NCBI GenBank assembly: GCA_965240325.2
Contig: OZ251226.1
Location: 3,468,675-3,532,674, forward strand
Source: Rebecca billardiae RCC1528
Lineage: Eukaryota > Protista > Haptophyta
Length of the DNA stretch: 64,000 bases
Direction: 5' to 3'
The translations under genes were made by a program, and so were the position numbers. Positions 43,786 to 55,754 of this stretch are shown here, piece by piece. Below the pieces are notes generated by a model. It searched no databases and was not told where the DNA came from. It was given only the letters and a program-made list of their open reading frames with translations. Numbering within the stretch: the first letter of the stretch is position 1; each line of letters begins with the position of its first letter.

Positions 43786-44441
43786 CGGGCGGGGGTGCTT
43801 CGACGCGCGGCCGGCGACCGGTCGACCCTGCCGCCAAGAAGGGGGGGCAGGTAGGCAGGCCGTCGATCAAGGCCTGAGCACGAAGTCGTGGGCGCCAGCC
43901 GGGCCGCAGCAGGCGGCCGCCCCGGCCTGGGCAGCCGATGACTCGATGAGTACATTCCTAACAAACTTTTGCTGCGCAGTAATTGCCCGGCGGCCAAAGC
44001 TTCTCCAACCTTCGCGGGCCTTGCGGAGCTGGCCTTCTTCCCCGGCCAGCGAGGCATCCCGTGCTTGAAGCAGTTTTAACGTAATATGATGCATACACGA
44101 AAAGCACGCTTTCGGTGTCTAGCAAACGCCGACTTGCTACGACTTGCGAGGCTCGTCAATGCCCACTATCAGACTGTACCCCCATTCGAGCGCTCCGACT
44201 ATCGTCCAGACCCATATATAGGATCAGGCCATTAACTGAGCTGTGGGTACAATAGATGATGGGGGCAATCAACCCGCCATATTATTCCCTCCACGTCGGC
44301 TCTTGTTGGACGTCCCGGTCGTCGAGCTGATGTCGAATTCGATGACGAGTGACGACGACGATGAGACTTCTAATCAACCGCAGCTTCGATAGTACCGGAC
44401 CCAGCGCGCCACCGAGACTGGCTGCGACGGACTACCACGGG

Positions 44442-44868
44442 TCAGGCGACGCTCCCCATCACCTTCTTCCGCGAGGGCGCGGGCGAGTCCGGCTTGGACG
44501 AGAGCACGGCGGGCGACGAGCACGGCACCACCTCGCCGTCGATCGCGCCGGGCACGGGCAGCGACTGCAGCGTGGGGAGCCGGCCGTTGCTGCCAGACGA
44601 CATCACGTCCGGCCGGCTCGGCCGGCGGCCGCTCGACGCGTACCGGTGCGCCTCGATCACGGTCTCGCGCCCCTCGATGCGCAGGTCGGTGATGTCGGGC
44701 GGGCACAGGCCGCACGGGTTGGCCATCGCGCGCCCGACGTGCGCGCGCTCGTGCAGCGTGCGCGCCTCGGCGCACGCGCCCTCCAGCCCGTCGAGGAGCG
44801 CCGACGAGGCCGCCGCCGCCGCCGCCGGCGGCGGCGGCTCCACCTGCACCGGCGGCGGCCGCGCCTTC

Positions 44869-44909
<41 letters not shown>

Positions 44910-46508
44910 CTCCGCGCTCGCCTGGCCCGCCGCGCCGCGCGCGAGCGCGATGAGCGCCGCGCCGGCGGCGTCGCCCCCGCCGAGCGCCACCATCGACGGG
45001 TCGAGCGCCGCGTCCGCGGCGCACGCCGCGTCGAGGCTGGCGCCGTCGCGCGAGAAGCTGAGCTGGTGCTTGCCCGAGGGGCCCCAGAGCGGCGGCGGCG
45101 GCGGCGCGGTGAGCCGCGCGTGCTCCGCCGCCGCGTGCTGCAGCGTGAAGTTGTCCGCGGGCACGCGCGGCGCGCGCTGGGCTTTCGGCCCCTCGTCCGC
45201 GTGCAGCAGCTGCAGCAGCCGGCAGTTCACCTCGTCGTGCACGCGCACGATCGGCAGCCCGTTCGGCCCGTGCCCGAAGGGCTCCTCGAGCTCGCGGCAC
45301 ACCTGGTTGAGCGAGGAGTAGCCGAGCGAGACGAAGAAGCTCAGCCCGACGATGAGGTACACGCCGTGCGCGTGCGCCTCCGCGTCGGGCGCCTCGCCCG
45401 AGCTCGCCGAGCCGACGTACGCGGCGATCACGAGCGGCGCGAGCGCGTTGAAGGCGTGCAGCAGCAGCGTGATCAGCTGCACGTACGGGAAGGGGAAGGG
45501 CGTGTCCGCGACCTTGCGCGCCTGGCGGAAGCCGAGCCGGCCGTCGGAGAGCACCTGGTACGTGCGCGAGAGGATCGGCGGCGGCACGGGCAGCCCGCCG
45601 CCCGCGTGCCGCTCGGTGGCGAGCGCGGCGATCCAGCCGAGCACCACGCCCACGCGGTCGCGCGCGTGCGCGCTGCGCAGCGCGAGCCGCTCGGGCTCGC
45701 TCACGCCGCCGAGCACGCCGAACTGCGACTGCAGCGCGTACGTGCGGAAGGCCTCGGGGTCGTACCGGTAGAGCACGCCCGAGATCACGAAGCGCGAGAG
45801 CGAGGGCGCCTCGGCCGCCGCCGCCTCGACCGCCGCGGCGCGCGAGTCGCGCAGCCGCTGCGCCGCGCTGCGCAGCGTGCTGCCCGCGCGCGCGGCGGCC
45901 GGCGGCGCGCGCCGCGCGCGCGCGCCGTTCGCGCCCGCCGCCGACGGCGGCGTCGCGGAGCGCGAGCCGATGCTCGCGCGGCGCGGCACCGGCGGCGGCG
46001 AGGGCGCGGGCTGCGGCGCGCCCCGCACGTGCAGGCCGAACGGGCAGCTCCGCGTGAGCGTGCCCAGCCCGCCCACAAACTTCCAGTCCTCGCGCAGGTC
46101 GGCCATCGCGAGCGCGCTGAGCAGCGAGAAGCAGTGCACCACGCGCGCGCGGAACAGGTCCGCGTCCGCGCGCGCCGCGTCGCCCGGCCGCTCGAACTCG
46201 ACGAGCTGCATCGCCGCGTCCGCCCACTTGGCGCTCATCAGCTCGATCGACGTGCGCGCCTCCCACCAGCGCTGGTACGCGAGGTTGGAGCGCTGGACGA
46301 GCGTGAAGCCGAGGACGAGGCCGAGCACGTGCAGCGCGTACGGGTGCTGCACGAGCGTCCGCTCCTCGCCCGCCACGCCGAACGCCTCGTACACGAAGCC
46401 GAGCGCCGCGCTGAAGAGCGCCTGCGGCACGACGCGCGGGATCACCGAGCCGTACCACGTGAGGAAGACGCGCCAGAAGTTGGCCTCCGAGGCGGTGTAG
46501 TAGATCAT
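44442..46508 (-). CDS. Bestrophin-like (UPF0187-type) anion channel
   Basis: YGSVIPR; LGFTLVQRSNLAYQRWWEART; TPFPFPYVQL; ELEEPFG...NGLP. Confidence 0.88.
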
Positions 46509-46940
46509 CGGGGCGGCGTGGAGCGCGGGCGCCGCGCCGCGCCCCTGCGTCCGCGCGCGCGCCGCGAGCCCGCCCAAGCGCCCCTCGCCGAGGGGCTTGG
46601 CCGGCGGGCCAGGCAGGCCAACAGCGGCGCACGGGCGTCAGCTCGAGGCCGAGATGCTGCGCGATATGACCAAAATATGACGATGGAAGCTGACTACGCC
46701 ACTACGGAATAAAGCGCGGTGATGCTTGCACGGCGAAGTCGTTCGTCTTGTGATCGAATATTACTACTGGAGAACGGCGGCGGAGGCGGCGGCGGAGTGC
46801 TGAAAAACTGTCGTGCGTGCATGCGGATTCGCTCAGCCGATCAGAGCGGCACAACGACGACATGCTGCTCACCACGCGCCCGCCTCTCGTCAACGACAGG
46901 AGTTGCGCCGCATTGGCGGGTCTGACGGGCGGCCCCGCCA

Positions 46941-48028
46941 TCAGCTCGACACGTCCTTGACGGCGCCGTGCACGCTCGCCTCGTACGGCATGATCACGTG
47001 CCGCTTCGCCGCGCGCAGCGCCACGTGCAGGAACGCGTCGAGGTAGCGCATGCCGATGAGGTACTGCGTCGGCTCGACGCCGAAGAGCACGAGCGTCGAG
47101 GCCACCGCGTCGACGCTCTTCGCCTCGGCGTCCGCGAGCACCTCCTTGGACTTGGCCTGCCCCTCCGCCTGCAGCCGCATCACGCCCGCCTCGCCGTTCG
47201 AGATGGCGATCGCCGCCTGCGACTCGCCCTCCGCCTCGGTGCGCACCTGCTCGCGGTAGCCCTCCGCCGTCACGATCGACGCGCGCCGCACGCGCTCCGC
47301 CGCCAGCTGCTTGTGCATCGCCTCCTGGATGGAGCGCGTCGGGTAGATCTCGAGCACCTCGACCTGCGAGATGCGCATCCCCCAGTCGAGGCACACCTTG
47401 GCGATCTTCTGGTGCATCTGCGCGTTGATCTCCTCGCGCGACGCGAGCGTGTCGTCCAGGCCCATGTCGCCCACGATCGAGCGCAGCGACGTCTGCACGA
47501 GCTTCTCCACCGCGGTGGGCAGGTCGAACGTCTGGTACGCGACCTTGGCCGGGTCGACCAGCTGGTACAGCAGCATCGGGTGCACGATCAGCTCGACGTT
47601 GTCGCGCGTGATGATGCTCTGGTTTGGGAAGTCGAACACCTGCGCGCGCGGGGGGGCGCCGCGCGCGCGCGCGCCCGTCGGCCCGCGCGCGCCGCGCGCC
47701 GCGCGCCGCGCGCGCTGCGCCGCACCTGCTCGCGCAGGTCGATGCGCGTGATGCGCGCGGGGAAGATGGAGACGTGCTGGACGTGCTGCGCGTCGGTGTA
47801 CGTCTCCGTCATCCGCCACATCACGCTGCGCGGGTAGTCCATCAGCGGCATGAGGAAGTGCAGCCCCTCGTACAGCACGGTGTGGTACTTGCCCAGCCGC
47901 TCGATCACCATCGCCGTGCCCTTCTGCACGACGACGACCTTGCGCAGCAGGTCGACCAGCAGGGCGACGACGACGAGCCCGACCAGGCCGATCAGGATCC
48001 AGCCGATCACCTCGCCCGCGGTCGTCAT
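46941..48028 (-). CDS. SPFH/band 7 (stomatin-like) membrane protein; predicted intron 47640-47725
   Basis: N-terminal transmembrane helix; VIERLGKY..L..GLHFL.P; IDLREQ|VFDFPNQSIITRDN; QTSLRSIVG...LDDTLASRE; AER.RRA..AEG. Confidence 0.92.
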
Positions 48029-48280
48029 CTCGCGCCCCCTCGCGCGTGCGTCGGGGCCCTGCTCGGGGGGGGGGCGGTCGGTCCAGCCGCCGGCCGCCAC
48101 GGCTTGCGGAGAGTTGCGACCAGGCCGGCCCGAGCCGGACGAAATGATGGCGCCCGGCGGCGCCATCATTTGCTGGATGCTTTTCATTTTCTGACGACGA
48201 CGCGCGATGATTTCCTTCTGATACATTAGCTCCCGCGCCTCCGCCGACAGGGACGTCGAGCGCGCCGGGCGGCGGCGGCG

Positions 48281-49381
48281 CTACTGGTGCACGCAGCCCG
48301 GGCGCTGCGCGTCGGCGGGCGTCGGCTCGTCGGCGGGCGCGGGCGCGCCCTCCGCCGCCTCGGCCGCGTCCGCGCGCGCGCGCTCCATCCGCTCGTCGAG
48401 GAAGGCCCAGACCGAGTCGAAGATCACGTAGCACACCGACGCGTGGTCCGTCGTGCCCGCGCGCACGCACGCGCAGCCGCAGCCGAGCTCGGGCGCGCCG
48501 GGCGGCGCGCGGTCGTCCTCCATCGGCTCGTCGAGCTCGCCCGAGCCCGCGCGCCAGTGCCGCCCGCGCTCCTTGAGCAGCGCGCACCGGCGCGCGTCGA
48601 GGCGCGCGGCCGCCATCGTGTGGATCGAGTCGCAGAACGCGAGCGCGCACACGCGGCCCAGCTGCGCGTCGGGCGTGCACTCGGGCGCGAGGCAGCCGAG
48701 CAGCCAGGAGCCCGCGGCGGAGTGCGCGACGACGGCGACGCGGCGCGCGGGCGACGCGCCCGCCACCATCGCCCGCCACGCGTGCGCGCAGTGCGCCGCG
48801 CCCTTGGGCCCGTTGTCGTACGGCTCTCCCGAGGGGCCCTTGCGGTTCGGGTCGAAGCACACGACCGCCCAGCCGCGCGAGACGGCGGCGCGGATGTACC
48901 GCACGGCCGAGCCGTGCTCGATGCAGTCGGCCACGCACAGCTGCCGCCCCCAGATCGCCGCGCGCACCGAGCCCGAGCCGGGCATCAGCACGAGCAGCGC
49001 GCGGCCGTTGGTGCGCAGGTCGGCCGAGCCGAGCACGCGCACGCGCACGCCGCGCGCGCGGCCGCTCGGCGGCGGCGGCGGGAGCGGGCCGCCGCCGGCG
49101 CCGCCGGAGGCGCGGCGCGCGCGCGCAAAGCTCGCCTCGCCGCCCGCCTCGGGCTGCGCCGGCAGCTCGTGCCACACGAGGCCGAGGCCCGGCTCGGCGA
49201 GCAGCCGCCGGTGGATCTCGTCCATCGCCGCCTCGGCGGCCGCGCCGTAGTCGCCGCCCATGAAGATGCGCCAGTTGTGCGCGGTGAGCAGCGCGCCCGT
49301 GGGCAGGTGGAACAGCCGCGTCAGCCCCTCCGCCGTCTGCCTGAACTCGTACCCCAGCGCGGCGAGCGAGCCGGGCGGCAT
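48281..49381 (-). CDS. FAM172/Arb2-domain alpha/beta-hydrolase-fold protein (start uncertain)
   Basis: LAALGYEF; LLVLMPGSGSVRAAIWGRQLC...GS; VVAHSAAG; ALAFCDS; AGTTDH. The frame stays open upstream but has no earlier in-frame ATG. Confidence 0.8.
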   Translation of the reverse strand: MPPGSLAALGYEFRQTAEGLTRLFHLPTGALLTAHNWRIFMGGDYGAAAEAAMDEIHRRLLAEPGLGLVWHELPAQPEAGGEASFARARRASGGAGGGPLPPPPPSGRARGVRVRVLGSADLRTNGRALLVLMPGSGSVRAAIWGRQLCVADCIEHGSAVRYIRAAVSRGWAVVCFDPNRKGPSGEPYDNGPKGAAHCAHAWRAMVAGASPARRVAVVAHSAAGSWLLGCLAPECTPDAQLGRVCALAFCDSIHTMAAARLDARRCALLKERGRHWRAGSGELDEPMEDDRAPPGAPELGCGCACVRAGTTDHASVCYVIFDSVWAFLDERMERARADAAEAAEGAPAPADEPTPADAQRPGCVHQ

Positions 49382-49655
49382 GTCGCCGCGCGGCGCGCCG
49401 CGCGCGCGCCGCAGCCGCGCCGAGTCGTCGGGCAGCTCGTCCGAGATCCACGGCAGGCGGAGGAACGGCGCGCTGTCCGCCGCCGCGGCGGCGCCATCCG
49501 CCGCCGCGGCGGGCAGCTCGCCCGAGATCCACACGCTTGCGCCGACGACGCCGGCCCCGCCGAGGGCGACGACCGAGGGCTCCCCGCCGCGGCCGGACTT
49601 GCCCCGCAGCGGCGCAGCCGGATGCCGAATCTGCCGGGACGGCGGGAGCCGCGCG

Positions 49656-50840
49656 ATGGCGGCGCTCGTCGCGCTCGTGCTCGGTAGGGCAGGCGCGTGC
49701 CCGGCGCTGCCCGAGGCGGCGCGCGCGGGCGCGGACGGCCGGCCGCCGCCCGCCGCGTCGCTCGCCGCGCCGCTCGTCGCCGCGGGCCTGCTGCCGCGCG
49801 CGTGGCCGCCGCCGCCGCCGAGCGCGGCGCGCGCGCTGCGCGCCGAGCGGCTGGGCAACTACTCGATCACGTTCGTCTCGTACGCGGACGGCGAGCCGTT
49901 CGAGAGCACGCGCGCGCGCCTCGCGCGCAGCGCGCGCGACGTGGGCGGCGCCGACCGCGTGGTCTCGCACACGCGCGCGAGCGTGCTCCGCAGCGCGTGG
50001 GGCGCGCGCGTGCTGCCGCCGCTGTTTGCGCGCTACCCGGGCAGCGCGCGGTACGTGTGGAAGCCGTACGTCATCCTGCGCGCGCTGCGCGCCGCGCGCG
50101 ACGGCGACTTTGTGGTGTACGCCGACTCGTCGCGCCACTTCCCCAACCTCACGTTCGAGCGCTCGCTCACGCCGCTGTGCAACTGGCTCGGCGCCAACGC
50201 GGCGGGCGCGCTCGCGCCCGACGCGCCCACGCTCGGCGTGCTGCCGGGCGTGCGCGTCAAGCAGCGCAACGCCGCGTCGCTGCGGTACTGCGACGTGTGC
50301 GCGATCGCGCGCGCGGGCGGCGCGTGCGCCGGGCCCGGCGGCGGCGCGTGCTGCGAGTCGCTGTGGCGCGCGCCGCACTACCAGGCGACGTGGTCGGTGT
50401 GGCAGCGCTCTGCGCTCTCGCTCGCGTTCGTGCGCGCGTGGCTCTGCCTGTGCGAGGACGCGGACGTGATCGCGCGCTCGCCGTACGGGGACCAGGTGCC
50501 GCTCTCGATCGTGGCGAGCGCGTACTCGCGCGCGTACGGCCTCGCGCTGCCGTGGCTCTACTTCCCGAACGAGCGGCGCGTCTCGCCCGGGCACCGCGCC
50601 AAGGACCACAACGCGCTGCTGGCCGCGCTCACGCCCGCGCGCGCCGCGCCGCCGCCCTTCTTGCGCGACGTCGACGAGTACCCCGAGTGCGCGCGCGCGG
50701 CGGCGCGCGACCCGGCGCTCGCGGGCGACTGGCGGCTGCAGCGCTACTGCTGCACGCCCAAGCCGCTGCCGGCGAGCAAGCGCCGGCCGTGCGCCGCGCC
50801 CGCCGCGCCTGTCGAGGCCCGCGGCGGCGGAAGGCAGTAG
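49656..50840 (+). CDS. Putative secreted glycosyltransferase-like protein
   Basis: Signal peptide; YVWKPYVILRAL....DGDFVVYADS and later DQ..LS motifs, as seen in GT-A-like uncharacterised proteins. Confidence 0.6.
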   Translation: MAALVALVLGRAGACPALPEAARAGADGRPPPAASLAAPLVAAGLLPRAWPPPPPSAARALRAERLGNYSITFVSYADGEPFESTRARLARSARDVGGADRVVSHTRASVLRSAWGARVLPPLFARYPGSARYVWKPYVILRALRAARDGDFVVYADSSRHFPNLTFERSLTPLCNWLGANAAGALAPDAPTLGVLPGVRVKQRNAASLRYCDVCAIARAGGACAGPGGGACCESLWRAPHYQATWSVWQRSALSLAFVRAWLCLCEDADVIARSPYGDQVPLSIVASAYSRAYGLALPWLYFPNERRVSPGHRAKDHNALLAALTPARAAPPPFLRDVDEYPECARAAARDPALAGDWRLQRYCCTPKPLPASKRRPCAAPAAPVEARGGGRQ

Positions 50841-50947
50841 CAGCAGCAGTCAAAAGCCGTTCCACGCCGAAACCGCCGGAATAATAACAGCTTTCGTCGT
50901 ACGACGTACGTCGGCCAACTTTGGCCGGCGCGCGGCAGCAGAGCTTG

Positions 50948-52684
50948 ATGGCGGAGTCGGCCGTCCACGCCGCCGTGCGGCGCGCGCGGATGGAGCGCGC
51001 GCTCGCGCGCGCGGCGAGCCCCGAGGCGTACGCGCCAGAGCCGATCCCCCCGCCGCCCGCCCCGGTGGCGCCGCCGCCGCGCGATCTCGACCTCGAGCGC
51101 GCGCGCGTGCACGTCGCCGAGCCGCCGCCGCCGCCGCCGCCGGCCGCGCGTCCGCGCGACGCCGCGCTCGAGGCGCGCGTGGAGCAGCTCGAGCGCGCGA
51201 CGCCGCCGCGGGACGCGGAGCTCGAGGCGCGCGTGGGGCGGCTCGAGGCGCGGCTCGACGCGTGCGAGCGCGCGAGCGCCGACTCGGCGGGGCGGTGCGC
51301 GTCGCAGCTCGCCGCGCTCGGCGCGCGCGTGGACGCGCACGCGGCGGCGTCCGAGCGCGTGGCGCTGCTGAGCAAGGAGCGGTGCTACGCGGCGAGCTCG
51401 CCCGCCGCGCCGCCGCTGTCCCGCCGCCCGCCCGCCTCCGCCTCGCTCGCCGGCTGCAGCAGCGCGCCGGGGTGCGCGGGCCACAAGGCCGGCGGCGGCG
51501 GCGGCTACGGCGGCGCCGCCGCCGCCGCCCCGGCCGGCGGCGGCGGCGGCGGCGGCGGCGCGCAGCACGCGCTCGTGCCGATCGCGGCGGGCGCGGGCGG
51601 CGGGCGCGCGGGCGCGGAGGCGGAGGACGCGCGCGCGCTGGTGCGCGGCTTTGCGCGCGGGCGCGTGATCTGGAGCAACGCGTGGGGCTCGGACGCTTGG
51701 ACGTACCTGCGCTGCCAGCAGCCCGCCCTCGCGCTCTGGCTGCGCCACCCGTGCAGCCCGCTCACGCGGCGGCACCACGCGTGCGTCGCCGTCGCGCACT
51801 ACTCGCTCTGCGCGTTCCTCGCGTACTCCGCCGCGTCGGGCCGCGCGTACGGCGCGTGGATCAACGGCGCGGTCGCGCCGTGGGCGCGCACGGCCGGCCG
51901 CTGGCCGGACGGCGCGTCCGCGGCCGAGCAGCTCGTGCAGACCAACGGCGTGCTCGCGGCGGACCGCACGCAGGTGGGCGTGCACCTCGGCGCGTTCTGG
52001 GCGGCGGCGTACGCGCAGCTGCTCACGCACGTCGCGCTGCCGCCGCGCTGCCTGCCCTCGCGCCCCGAGCTCTTCCTCGCGCTGTGCGGCGGCGGCGTGT
52101 CTGCGTTTGTGATCATGTGCGTGCACGCGGCGGCGGACGGCGCGTCCGGCACGCTCGTGCTGCCGCTGCTGCTGTACGCCGCGCTGGTGGGCACGGTGTA
52201 CAACGTGCTGTGGGACGTGCTCGAGTTCTCCGTCCTCGCCAACCTGCAGGCCACCATGCTCATCGGCGCGCACGCGCGCGCGCGCGCGCGCGCGGAGGGC
52301 GTGGCGCCGCCGGGCGGCGCGGCCGAGCCGTCGGCGGCCGAGGCGGAGGCGATGGGCGCGCTGCAGCGCGAGGCGGCCGCGCCGCTCGCCGAGCCCGACC
52401 GCGCGCACCCGACGGCGCGCTGGCTCTCGGTGCCGTCGCACTACCTGCCCGCGTACCCGTACGGGCTGCACCGCCCCTCCGCCGCCTTCTTCGCCGCGTC
52501 GTGGACCGAGCCGCCGCCGCCCGCCGCGTACGCGCCGCCGCCGCCGCCCGGCACGCCCGGCGCGCGCGGCGGCGCGAGCCCGTCGCCGGGCGGCGGCGGC
52601 AGCATCTCCGAGCGCGCGGCCGAGTGGCTGCTCGCGCGGCAGGGCGCCGCTGACTCGGCGGGCTCCGCGTCGCGCCACGCGTGA
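50948..52684 (+). CDS. Hypothetical membrane protein with N-terminal coiled coil
   Basis: ATG at 50948; repeated RDAxLEARV heptads; about 4 hydrophobic segments; coding-like GC3 bias. Confidence 0.6.
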   Translation: MAESAVHAAVRRARMERALARAASPEAYAPEPIPPPPAPVAPPPRDLDLERARVHVAEPPPPPPPAARPRDAALEARVEQLERATPPRDAELEARVGRLEARLDACERASADSAGRCASQLAALGARVDAHAAASERVALLSKERCYAASSPAAPPLSRRPPASASLAGCSSAPGCAGHKAGGGGGYGGAAAAAPAGGGGGGGGAQHALVPIAAGAGGGRAGAEAEDARALVRGFARGRVIWSNAWGSDAWTYLRCQQPALALWLRHPCSPLTRRHHACVAVAHYSLCAFLAYSAASGRAYGAWINGAVAPWARTAGRWPDGASAAEQLVQTNGVLAADRTQVGVHLGAFWAAAYAQLLTHVALPPRCLPSRPELFLALCGGGVSAFVIMCVHAAADGASGTLVLPLLLYAALVGTVYNVLWDVLEFSVLANLQATMLIGAHARARARAEGVAPPGGAAEPSAAEAEAMGALQREAAAPLAEPDRAHPTARWLSVPSHYLPAYPYGLHRPSAAFFAASWTEPPPPAAYAPPPPPGTPGARGGASPSPGGGGSISERAAEWLLARQGAADSAGSASRHA

Positions 52685-52934
52685 CTGTCACAGTGCGACG
52701 ATCTCGAGTAGTAAGTGTCCGTTCGCCAGCTGAGCACTTTAATAACAGCTACAGTTTATTTGTTTTAACGTGCGTAAGGCTCACGGTGGCAGGTTGCCGC
52801 GCCATCCTTCATCGCACGCTCTCAGTAACCGCCGCCATGCTGCGCACGTCGATTAAAATGCATCGTGCATTTCCGCCGCCGCAGCGATGATTAAATAAAC
52901 GGACGACGAAGTCGACGCGCGCGCAGCTGAAAGC

Positions 52935-54925
52935 ATGGGCATCGCGGGCTACGCCGAGTGGACGCGCGGCGCGCTCGCGCAGGCGTACGTGGCGGCGCCG
53001 CGCGAGGTGGACCACCTGCACGTCGACGCGAACTCGCTCGTGCACGAGTCGACGCGCCAGGCGCGCACCGACGCGCAGGCGCTGCGCGCGCTGCGCGGCC
53101 GGCTGAGCAAGCTCGTGCGCGAGCACCCGCCGCGCTGCAGCCTCGTGCTCGCGCTCGACGGGCCCGCGCCGCTGTCCAAGCTGGCGACGCAGCGCGCGCG
53201 CCGGCTCGCGCGCGCGCGGCGCGCCGATCCGTCCGCGCCCGCGCGCCCGAGCACCGTCGCGGTCACGCCGGGCACGCCCTTCATGGCCGCGGTCGACGCG
53301 GCGCTGAGCGCGTGGGCGGCGGAGGCGCTCGCCAAGCCGCCGCCGCACGCGCACGGCGGGCGCGGCGGCGGCGGGCGCGGCGGCGGGCGCGGCGGCGGGG
53401 CCGGCGGCCTCCGCGCCGGCGTGCGCGTGCTCGTCGACCCGTCCTCGTGCGCGGGCGAGGGCGAGGCCAAGCTGTTTGCGCACATGCGCGCGATGGGGGG
53501 CGGCGCGCTCGAGGCTCAGACGCACCTCGTCGTCGGCGGCGACGCGGACCTGCTGCTGCTCGCGCTCGCGTGCCCGGCGCGGCGCGTGCTCGTGCTCGCC
53601 GACGGGCCGCCCGGCGCGCCGCAGCGCGCGCGCGCCTTCTCGTGCGAGGCGGCGCGCGCGCTGCTCGCGCCGCCGCGCGGCGCGCCCGGCGCGGGCGACG
53701 GCGGCGGCGCGGGCTGCGCGCTCGACGCGTGCTGCCTCGCGGTGCTGTGCGGCAACGACTACCTGCCCAAGCTGCGCGGGTACGTGCACAGGGCGGCGAG
53801 CGCCGCGCACGCCGCGCTCGGCCGCCCCGCCCTCGTGCGCCGCGCGCCCGACGGCGCGCTCGCGCTGGACGGCGCCGGCCTGTGCGCCACGCTGCGGCGC
53901 GCGGGCGCGCGCGCCGCGCACCGGCCGCCGCGCGCGGCGGAGGCGGCGGTGGAGGCGTACTGCGCGCAGCTGCTCTGGGCGCTGGAGCTGTGCGACACCG
54001 CCGCCGCCGCCGACTGGGCGTGCGCGTGGGACGCGCGGCTGCCGCCGCCCGCCGCGCCCGAGCTGCTCGCGTGCGCGGACGCGGTGGCGCGCGCGCGCGC
54101 GCCGCGCGCGCCGCGCCCGCCGCTCGCGCCCGCCGCGTGCGCGCTCGCGCTGCTGCCCAAGCCGTGCGCGGCGTACCTGCCGCGCGCGCTGCGCGCGCTC
54201 GTGCTCGCGCCCGACGGCCCGCTCGCCGCGCTGCACGCGGCCGACGCGTGCGCCGAGTGCGAGGCCCTGCGCGGCCGCGTGTGCGCGCTGCAGCACACGC
54301 TGCTGCAGGCGACGCGCGCGCCCGCGCGCGGCGCGGCCGACGCGGAGGAGGACGACGACGCGGCGGAGGCGGAGGCGGAGGCGGCGGCGGAGGCGGAGGC
54401 GGCGGAGGCGGAGGGCGGGGACGTGCGGATGGGCGAGGCGCGCGGCGCGGACGACGTGCCGCTCGGCACGGCGGAGGGCGCCGACGCCGTGCGGCGCGCG
54501 CTCGCGCGCGCGACGCGCGCGCTCGAGGGCCACCGCGCGGCGCGCCACCCGCCGCTGCACGTGGGCGCGCTCGCCGAGCTCGTCTCGCGCGCGGTGGAGG
54601 CGGTGCCGCGCGAGGCGTGGGGCGACGAGGCGGCGTGCGCGCGCGTCGGGCTGCCGCACGCGCTGCACCGCGCCAGCGCCGCGTGCCGCGGCGCGTGCGG
54701 CTTCGACGCGGGCGGCGGCGCGCCGTGCGCGCCCGCGCCGGGCGTGTGCTGCGTGCCGTGCGCGCCCACGCACACGCCGCGCGCGCGCGCGCCGCCGCCG
54801 CCGCCGCCGGAGCAGCAGCGTCCGCCCGCGCCGCCGCTCGCCGCGCCCGCGGGGCTCGCGGGCGGCGGGGAGCGCGTGCCGCCCGCCGCGCCGCCCGCGC
54901 CGCCGCCCGCGTGGCTCGGCGGTGC

Positions 54926-54963
<38 letters not shown>

Positions 54964-55073
54964 CCGAGCCAGCGGCGCCGCCGAGCGCGGCCGGCGGTGG
55001 CGGCGCCGACGCGGCGGGGCGCGCCAAGCGCCGCCGCGGGCGCCCGCCCGCCGCGGCGGCGCAGCAGCCCTGA
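52935..55073 (+). CDS. XRN-family 5'-3' exoribonuclease-like protein
   Basis: MGI.G...W; DHLHVDANSLVH; ALDGPAPLSKLATQRARR; VTPGTPFM; GEGEAK; GGDADL; GNDYLP. Confidence 0.85.
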
Positions 55074-55754
55074 TGCGGCGGAGCGCGTGGGCTCGCGCCG
55101 CTCGGGCCTCGATTGCCGCCATCATCAAGCAGAGGCCCGCGGGCGGTGGTTGGGCGCTGCGCCAACGCGCGGCCCGGTGCGCGTGAGGCCTCATTATAAG
55201 TTCGCGGCGAGGCGGCGTCCGCTCTGACAAGCGGCGTGGCTGACCGTCAACGGGGTTCGGGTTAGTCGGCTCGGTCGATCGAAACTTATTATTGCCCTTA
55301 GAGGCCGATCCGCCCGGCGCTTCAACTCGCTTTGGTGCTGCACTAGCAGCGCCGAGCAGGCTAGTGCGTCCGGAGCTGTGCTGGCTGCGCCAAGCGCGGT
55401 GCGGCGCGCGCTGCCACTGCCAGGCGCGCCCGCGCCCGGCTCGGCTGGGCTCGTCTGGCCTCGGCGCAGCACGCGGCGCCGCGGCCGAGGTCGAGGCGTG
55501 GCACCCCGCGAATATGCCCGCGCGGGCCCGCACGGGCTGCCCGCGCCCCAGGCTCGGGCTGTCGCGGCCGTGCCGATGCTCCGGGCCTGGGGCAGCGCGC
55601 GCTGCCGTCGCGGGCTTTCCACTCGCGCGCCCGCGTGGACACGACTGCAGCGCGTGGGGTGGGCAGCGAGCCAGCCGAGCGACCGCAGCGCGTGCTGCTC
55701 GGCGGCGCGTGGCGGGAGCGCGCCGCGGCCGTGGCTGGCGCCGCGCACCAGCTC

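Noticed and set aside
42435-48028. LOV-bestrophin-SPFH as a light-gated ion-flux module
   Set aside because: Same-strand adjacency alone is weak evidence in a eukaryote; the genes are separated by normal intergenic DNA.
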